From assembly GCA_963796955.1 (NCBI GenBank), contig CAWCNJ010000007.1:1-64000 (forward strand): a stretch of 64,000 nucleotides of DNA, written 5' to 3'. The translations under genes and the position numbers were made by a program. The notes beneath the pieces are model-generated. The model made no database searches. It saw nothing but the letters and a program-made list of their open reading frames with translations, and had not been told where the DNA came from. Shown one piece after another: positions 50,701-59,700 of the stretch; the first letter of the stretch is position 1, and each line of letters begins with the position of its first letter. This DNA is from Endomicrobiales bacterium (GTDB lineage: Bacteria > Elusimicrobiota > Endomicrobiia > Endomicrobiales > JALOBY01).

Positions 50701-53700
50701 CCGGCAGCCTTGACGCGAATATGGCGTATACCATCGGCACGGTGAACGATCATTTCACCCTTACCGCTATGTCTAATCCCAATGGCACCGGTAAATCCCT
50801 TGGCGATATCACGGTGCTTGACAGAACGTTTGTTGACGGCAAGATTACCAGCTACGTATCAAGCAGCAGCAGCGATGATGTGTTCTATGGCGAGTATACA
50901 GTAGGCACTGTCCGTGTAGATCTTAAGAGCGCTGGGTTTGCTTCCACCAATATTTCTCCTTTCACTGCCGCCGGCGGTCATCTGCTGGGCGCTGTCGCTA
51001 ACGGAGTTGGCGCTGTTTGGAATGGCCTCCTCGCCGCCTGGTACACATATAAGAGCGATTCTGTATCTGCAAAACAGGCAGAGGAAATGTCCTCTCTCAT
51101 GGGAGCTGCTGCAATTGGTGATGCGGTCGGCTTTATCAACTCCTTGGGTAAGATCGGGGAATCCATAGGTGACTCGGCAGCAATACTTGCACAAGCGTTT
51201 AATTCTTGGACCAGCAATTGGAGCAATTGGTATGAGGGTGACAATGCTGCCGAGGTTAAGGCATATCATATGTCGCAGCTTAGGAACGACGGTATTATAA
51301 GCACGGTGGTCGGCCTTTCAATTGGCCTTAAAGACGCGGCGAAGGGATTTAGCTACGCATTGGTAGGCGGTATCGCGAGCAAGTTTGGCAGCGGGTGGGG
51401 CGTCGAAACTCTTGCAGAAGGGCAGTTGCTTTTCAGAGAAAGTTCTGTTGTTGAAGGTGCTATTAAAGGCGCTACCGTTGGGTGGGGTGTGGTAACCAAT
51501 GTCTCAAGCCGGGTCTGGGGTGGGGTCCTGTTCTTGGGTGGTATGCTCAATATGGCGTATGCGGAATACGATAATTTTAAACGGGCGTTGAAAGTTTCGA
51601 TATACAATGCGCTCATGAACGGTACGTTTGCGTTTAACATGGACGTTGATCTGAATGATGAAAATGCGCAGGCTGGGCATGATTGGATCACCGAAGGCAC
51701 TAATAGAATCTATGGCGAGAAAAATCTGTCTGACGATTCATTCGCCTTACGTTCGTCCGCGCGGTTGTGGGTTAGCACGGCATTTGTTGCTGTGTTAGTA
51801 ACCGGTGCCATCATGGCTATTGAAGCCGTTGCGACAGCGGCTACATCCGCAGTAACATCGACTGGTTCAATGATAAAGGCCGGATCATCTTTGTTAAATG
51901 CCGGACGGATAGTATTGTCCGATGCGCTAACCGGCGCTTATACTAATGCGATCGTTGATACCGGTCTTAGAATAGTTAAGGGTGAAGATGTGACCGTTGG
52001 AACGATAGTGAGCGCTTTTGTCAGCGGTGCGATCCTGGCCGGTGGTATGTCGTTGGGAGGCAGACTTGCCGGTTTTGTTGCGAACAACGTTAAATTTGGT
52101 GTGCAGGCCGCTACCCAAACACTTGCCGAAGGGGCTGCCGTTTATGCAAAGAGTGGGGGATTGTTTGCAAGCATTGGTGAACAAAGCTTGGTAAAAGCTG
52201 GTTCGATTACAGAAATAGGAGCCATACTTACTGCCAGAGTATTTAATAGTTTGAGTATATGGGTCGCCGGAGCTATAGGCAAACTAGGTGCTCTTGCCGC
52301 GAAGGGTGAAAAATTTGTTACCGCTGAGGCGATCTGGGGCATGGCTAAATCCGCGCCGTTGTTCACCTCGATCGAAATCGTTGCAGGTATTGGATATAGG
52401 ACATTGTTCAAGGGCATGTCATATGACTCAGCGCTTGCTGACCTGGGCGGCTATAATGGTATTGCCACCAAGTTCCTTACCCAGCCGCTTGAGTTTGCTG
52501 CCATGGGCATCACTCTCGGATTTATGATGCAGGTGTTCCAGGCTTCTAACCTAGTAACCAGAGCATTCTTTGGTAACCGTACTTTTGGCCCCGCGCTTGA
52601 ACTGTTCTCCACACGGCACACGTTTGGAAATTTATTCGATTCTATATCGGTATTGTTTGGCACAAAAACAGCCGCGGAAATAAGTGAAATGATGTTGCAG
52701 AACCTTGCGAAAGAAGGAGGCGCTGGTATTGCATTTATCGGTCATGCCGAAAGCGCGGCATTTACAGCCGCATCATTGTGGCTTGGCGAACAGGCCGGCT
52801 ACATTGTCGGCAGACAATTGGGTCTGAAAGGTCGGGACCTGGAAAAATTTGCCAGTGATGTGGCCTTCTACAGCCTTATGTTCATTCCTAAATCAACCGC
52901 TGATCCCAGCTATGCAGTACATGAAGTGCTCTCGCGCAGGGTCATAGATGCTGCTGGTAGAAGCGAGGAGGGTATTCAGGGGCTGCAAGTTGCTTTAGCG
53001 CTGGCACCTGACGCTGCTGCAGCACGCGATGTGCTGAGGCGGTATGATCCCACTCTAAATAAAGATTCATTAACTCCAGAATTGGTGGACCATTTACAGA
53101 CAAAACTTTCTGAAACGTCTGCACGTGACATTATTGTGCTTGGTTCTGTTGATGCCGCAGGCGCACAAGCCAAGGCAAACGAAGTGTTGCTTGCTAAAGA
53201 TGGTACGAAGGTTGATGGATATGTGGTGACCGAGGCATTGAAACGGGCAGCCATTGATCTGACCATTGAAGGAGCGCGCGAAAGTGTTTCTGCCGAAATT
53301 GCTGGCATGGGATTGCACACTGGTGATCCGGAAAGAGCGATTGACGAATGCCTTGAACGCCTTGGTTCGATTGTTCAAGACAAATCTAATCCAATTCGCT
53401 CATTGGCCGCAATAGCCATCGGACGTGAATGGTCTGATCTAAAGACGGCCGTCGGCCGCCTTGATATGCTCGCTGGAACAAATCTGGATATGGCTGCAAA
53501 GATCAGGGAGTTATATCAGGAATGGACCACCTCGTTATTAACAGGTGAACCGCTTGAGAATAACGCGGATTTAGCGCAATTAGTATCAGAGGTTTTCAAG
53601 CTTGCCTCGGAGAAAACAAGAATTGCCTTAACAGCAAAAATTGATAAGGCAACCGATCCAAAAGTCGTCAGAGATTTGACACAACAACTTAATAACCTGA

Positions 53701-56700
53701 CCGAGGCGGAAAAATCTACAGACTTTGCATCGCAGTTAGCTGTTTTCCATACGGATATGTTCCTTGTAGCAGACCGTGTGGTAGATTTTGACCGGAAGCC
53801 GCTGATCGACAGAATCGTTGATAACGCTAAGGATTGGAAGAGACAAAGTGATTCGGACCGTCTAAAAGCATTGAGCAATTATATTGAATCGGTCTATAGA
53901 GAAAGTGGTGTAAAGCTTAGCCAGAAGCAAAGAACATTGGTTTTTGAATTGAACGACAAACTCAAAAGGGGTGAAGATCTAACAGAAGCTGACCTTCAGG
54001 ATATTGCAGCCTGCGAGTCGCTTAGACCGGAAAAGGCCGGCGGTGCTAAATGGGGAGACAGCACTCCTAAACAGAGGGTTGAGTCATTGGTTAAATACCT
54101 CGATGATGCGATGCCATTAAATATTGAACAGCGTGCCCGTATTGATGCCCTGATCAAAAAAGGTGGCAGCTTAACTGAACTTGAACGGGCAGAGGTTCTG
54201 GACCTTGAGTCCAGGCGTGCAGCTGAAATGCTCGGGATCATACTTGGAGACAGGATACGTGAAGTAGGAACAAAGAATTTTACAGCTGAACAAAAAACCC
54301 GTCTCAGCGAACTTATGCGGAAATCCGGCGAAAGTGGTCTTACTGCGGAAGAGTTGTACGAATATAAGCGCCTTGAAACGTTGATGGAATACAATTTGCC
54401 GTCAGGTTTCGGTACGGCGGCAGTCACACTGGGCGATTTCTATGAGGGGCAATATGATGCATTTGCCAGTATTTTCAAGGCAATGATCAATGGTGAGAAA
54501 ATGGAGGGTGATACACTTTCCCGTTATGCACACCAGCTGCGTACTGCGGGTGGCAAGACAGTGATTGGGCTGTTCACCGAAATGCTTCTGGCTACCAGCA
54601 AAACGGCAACGAACAAATGTATCGGGTGGCTCACGAATACTGATGCCAATGCCCGTGATCTGGGTGCGCATTCCAGAATTATATTTGGTAATTCACTGGG
54701 CAGGGTATTGGTCCTTGATGGTGTGACACTTGAGAGAATGAAAAATAACGGCACACTACGCACAGAACTTGAAAAAGCTGATATCATTATAACAACATAC
54801 AATTCAATGAGCAGCTTGTATTCATCTTCAATGGCAAAATTGATCTCCTATGCTGACACTGACGCAAAAGGCAAGGAGATCGCAGAGCATAATATTGCAT
54901 TGTTGAAAACTGCTGAGCCGCCGATATTGACATCAAAGGATGCAAACGGGAAAATTCAATTAGCAAACGCGGCGGATTCCAGGCGTGCGATTGAGTGGCT
55001 TGCAAAGAATGGCGGGCTAGGGCTTGGGGAAACCGATCTGCCGTTGACACGGCTTGGGGATTTGATAGCTGACGAACTTGACTATTTGGGCACTATACCA
55101 ATGTCGGCACTTGCTTCATCCACCGGCAAGTATTACACAACCGCCCGGCCTGTTGAATATTATGCAGAATTGATGCGGATAAAAGAAACTAATAGATCGC
55201 TCAGCGATGATCTTGTTAGAACGCTGTTGGAGAAGTTCGCCGACATGGGTTTAAGCGAACAGATGCTGCGGATAGATTTTGGAGCTCCTGAAACTCTTAA
55301 AGGGAAGATGGAATTTTACGAAACACTATCCGGAGAAGTAGAACGTGCTACTACAAAAGCAAAAGGTGAAGACGGTAAGGTTACTGATCGTAGTGTCCTG
55401 AGTGATGCTGATATCAACAGTCTGGTCGATCGGTTATCTGATAGAGCAAAAGAACTTGGCCTCGACGTAGCGGAAGTAAGAAAAATGGTTGTTACACAGA
55501 TCGACAACCTGTGCAAAGATTCTTATGTACGGAATTTTTTAGCACCTAAGCTGCTTGATCTGGCAATGCGAACGCAGGCACCGGATAAGGGTATGTCAAC
55601 TATTAAGGGCAATCGGTCTGCTGAAACGAATCCGGTTGATAAAGATCCACGCGACCCTCGCGCCATGGGCCAGGACCGGCGTATGGGAGGAATATTAGTC
55701 GATGGCAAGCTGGTAGAGACCGTTGATCCTGCAACAAAACCAGATACAGAGACTCCTAAGGCTGAAACGAAAGGACACATCGCTCCTGATAAACTGAAAG
55801 GAGAGATCGATGCTCTTGTCGATCAGGTTCTCTCTAAATTCGGTAATTTGTTTAATGAACGCGAAATTCGTGAACAAATTAGTGGCGGTATGTCAGCAGC
55901 CGAAATGTTCTTGAAAACTGGTATGGAATACGATCCTAAAACCGGAAAATATAAGAAAAGAGAAGGCGGAGCACGCGTGGGTGAAGGTTCATATACTGTG
56001 CAAGGAGAAGGCGATAGCCGCCGTATCATTATTACCAATGATGGAAAAGGTGTCGAAAATCTGACGTTACCTGGTATGGCAGTTCTTGAAGCCTTAGAGC
56101 ATATTACGAATTTGACGCGTCCAACTAAAGAAACTTTTGTATCCAACAGCGTTGAGGCGATGAATGCGTGGGGCAACATCGTTGGATTCTCTGGCACATA
56201 CAGCGATTCCATAAAGGGTCTGTTAAAGACAATGGAATTTACTGAGGGTGGTGCTGCACCCACCGGCGTGAAAGTAGGCATCTATTCAGTACTAACCACT
56301 ACACAGGAAGCGATAGCTAAGGTTATAACTGAAGCGGTGAAAACTGTAGAACGTAGCGGTAGGGCTTCGATCAATTTGATCCTGACAAGTGGCTCTCATG
56401 CAACCGATCTTATGGTTGAAGAACTCAGAAAGAATGGAGTGGCTGAAGACGATATTGTAAGCTTAACGCTTACTAATATCAATCAGCAACTGTACAAATA
56501 TGGCCAAAAAATTGAAGCAATGCGAGAGGCGATCAGGTTTGCCGCAACTGATGAGGCACGCGTGGTAGCTGAAAGATCATATAACGCATACATCAAAGGA
56601 AGTGAATTAACAGATACTGATATAACAAAAATTACCTCCCAGGCTAATATTGCGGATATATCGCTCGATGAGAAAACATCTTTGCTAACAAAAGTATTAT

Positions 56701-59700
56701 CTGGTGAAACGAAGACAGGGTCGGCCAAATACGTTATTGGTGACGCCTACCTGCTTGGCCGCGGATGGAGCGTGGGCAGAATGGGAGATGCAGCCAATAA
56801 CCTGAAGGATTCATTCTTCAAGAGCTACACGCCAGAAAATGCAGATCTTCAATTGTCTCAATTCGGTGAAAAAATGCGTGAAATGAGATCGGCAATTGAA
56901 AATGCGACGACGCCAAAGGAAAAAGATGCGGCTGAGACGGCCTATAAGTCATTTGTTAAAGCTGCTAAACTTACTGATGTTGAAATCGCTACGATCGATG
57001 CGCCGGAATCCATTACTAAATTGTCTGATGCTGACAAAAAAGATCTTCTGGTAAAACTTCTGAAGACCGATTTGGTGCAGGCGACGATGTGGCTGGTAAA
57101 TGTGGACAAGTTCACCGCGACGCAGCTGGAGCAGGGATTAGGGCGTTTTGACCACTATGGCGACAGCCGCTTTGATCGTGAATTCTTCAATAAGGAGATC
57201 GTGCAAATCACGTCAGTTGAATCTGCTCGGGAGAGCGTGACGCTACGAGAAGCGGCAAAGACGAATCGCGGTTGGAATATCGATTTGATCATCAACAATA
57301 TGAAAGACGTGATGACCGCAAATGAAAAAGCTTCTCTTGAGAAAGCCGGTCAAAAGGTCTTGACCAGCGCATCTACGGAAAAAGCCGACTCGAAACCAGT
57401 TAGTCCGATCGAAGCACTGGGACGATTGCCGGAATCTGAACGTAAAACGGTGAAGGATGGTTTAGATACGACACCTGGTATGACCTATCATGCGGGAGGA
57501 GTAGCCTGGCTTACCGCAAAAGGACAGACCTATATCAGCAATGTAGCTGCGTTGAGAAACGGTGCGGTTCCATCTGGTAGTCAAGTTGTCTTATCGCCCA
57601 TGAATACCGCCCTGGTTGCCTTCTTCGGAGCGGCTGATATATTAGGTTTTGAGCAAGTTTCCGTTATCAAAGGACTAGAACTTACAGACAACACACCCAT
57701 GGCCGTCTCAATCGCACTCTATCTCGCAAAGAGTGGTTTAAGTCTCTCAGCGATCGTAGATATTGGCATCGCGTTACCTGTACTCAACACCGGTGGAGTA
57801 ACCATTGCTTCCGCCGACATCAAGGCTGCGCTTGCGTATCGTTATCCACCCGATGTAACACAGATTATGGCACACTATGGTGTTGCCCTGCCTCCTGCGG
57901 CGGTCTATAAATTGCTACAACCTAATGCCGGTAAATTACCTGCCCCGGTGAAGAAACAGATCGCCGTAATTGAAAAAGCGATCGCGGTGACCGAGAAGTT
58001 GAAGGACAGTGGCAGCGACAATGTATTAAAGAAACTGTACAGAGGCCTATTCACGGCTCGTCCGATAAATGTTCTTAAGAAACAACAAAAAATGTCGTTT
58101 GCCGAAATTATAGAATTAGCACAAGAAACAACGGGAGCCGGTGGAAAAACTCCTGCAATCGCTGAAGTTATTCAGTCCCCGGACTTTGCACTATTGGCGG
58201 CACTGCTGGGAGTATCAGATGCTTGCAAAGTAACCGGTGTCCTGCAATCGCTTAATAACCTTGGATTGAGTGGACAGTTTAATGTCTTAAAACCGGCAGA
58301 AATAATGGCTTATCTGGCCGGCCACATTACGTCTACGGACCTTATCAGCAAACTATCGCTGGGAAAACCAAAGAGCCTACCGATCAGAATGATCAATTCT
58401 CTTGTGGAACGTTTGCACCTTCTCGCGGCGTACGGTTCATCCCTGCTTGGTGTGGATCTTAACGCCACTCCGGTAGATATTTTGAATAGGCCGGTAAATC
58501 TCAGGATAGGTGATGCTGCCAAGTATCTTAAGGAAATTCAGGGCCAGTCAGTGCAGCAGGCAACACAGGCTGAACTGATGAAAGGCCTTGGCGCCATCGG
58601 GCAAGGGCCGGATGCAATGGCCAAACTTCAGCAGGTGCAGGCTGATGCCGCGGCTGCCGCTCAAAAGAATTTCTCGTTTACTATGGCTGATATTATTGCG
58701 GTAGCTGAAAAAAACGGCCTTTCAGATGAACAGGTACTCTCGATAGTGAATATCTCTTTTTCAAAAGAAGATCGGGCGAAAGTCTTGTCATTCTATAAAT
58801 CTGCGCAGTATATCCCGGGCTACGGCCCGCAGTTTGCTGCCACGCTAACTCTTGCGCAGCTTAGCGATCCTCAGTTTGATATGGATAAGGCTTACAAGCC
58901 CTTTGGCGACTCTTATGTGCAGGTACACAAAAAGGAGAACGGCGAATTCGGTGGTTCTCTTGTCGGTGCGTTGGACAACTTCATAGGCAACGGTAAAGGC
59001 ACAGGCGCTGCTCACACCGGCAAGTCTGCGGATCAGCTTATTAAGGAATTCCTTGAAACGCCGGCTGGTTACGCGGCGAAGGCAACGCTGCTTGATTACC
59101 TTCGTTCTAAAGGTATGCAGATAGCTGCCGCGGCTTTAACGTCTGGGCTTACAGGTTCTACTGTGTTGAACCCGCATGTTGAGGCCGCTTTGAAACAGTT
59201 AGATATCGTAGGGCAAGTTATCTCTGACGCTGTAGACCCCAATGACAAAGAAAAGGCAGCCAAGCCGAAAGCTCCCGGCAAGCCTATCTCAGAGAATGTT
59301 AAGCAGATGATAGTCCAGTTGCAGGATATTATTCAACTGGCCGCGTCATACGGCATAAATGATCTCAGCCCGGAAGATATATTAGATGTCTTAAAAGCCG
59401 CCTACCCTGCCGGCGTTGCTGAAAAATTCCAGCAAAACGGTCTGTCATTGCCGCCTGCGCCGGTCTTGTCCCTTCTGCGTCTGATGGGCGCAAGATCTAC
59501 CGGCCTTAAAGGTAATCTGCCTACGATAATCGCCAAATATGATGAAGCGATAGCCGCGGTGACGAAAGAAGTTGAGCCGCCCAGTACCACGGCGCGCGCT
59601 ATTAAGGCCATAAGAAAGGGCCAGAATATTTCTGTTCAGGAATTGTTGACAATGGCAACAACCCTGGCTTCGGGCAAGGATGCAGCGAACGCCAGCGCAG

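Noticed and set aside
54430..57170. Housekeeping secA
   Set aside because: Motifs are highly diverged and embedded in a multi-thousand-residue protein, so no gene symbol was assigned.
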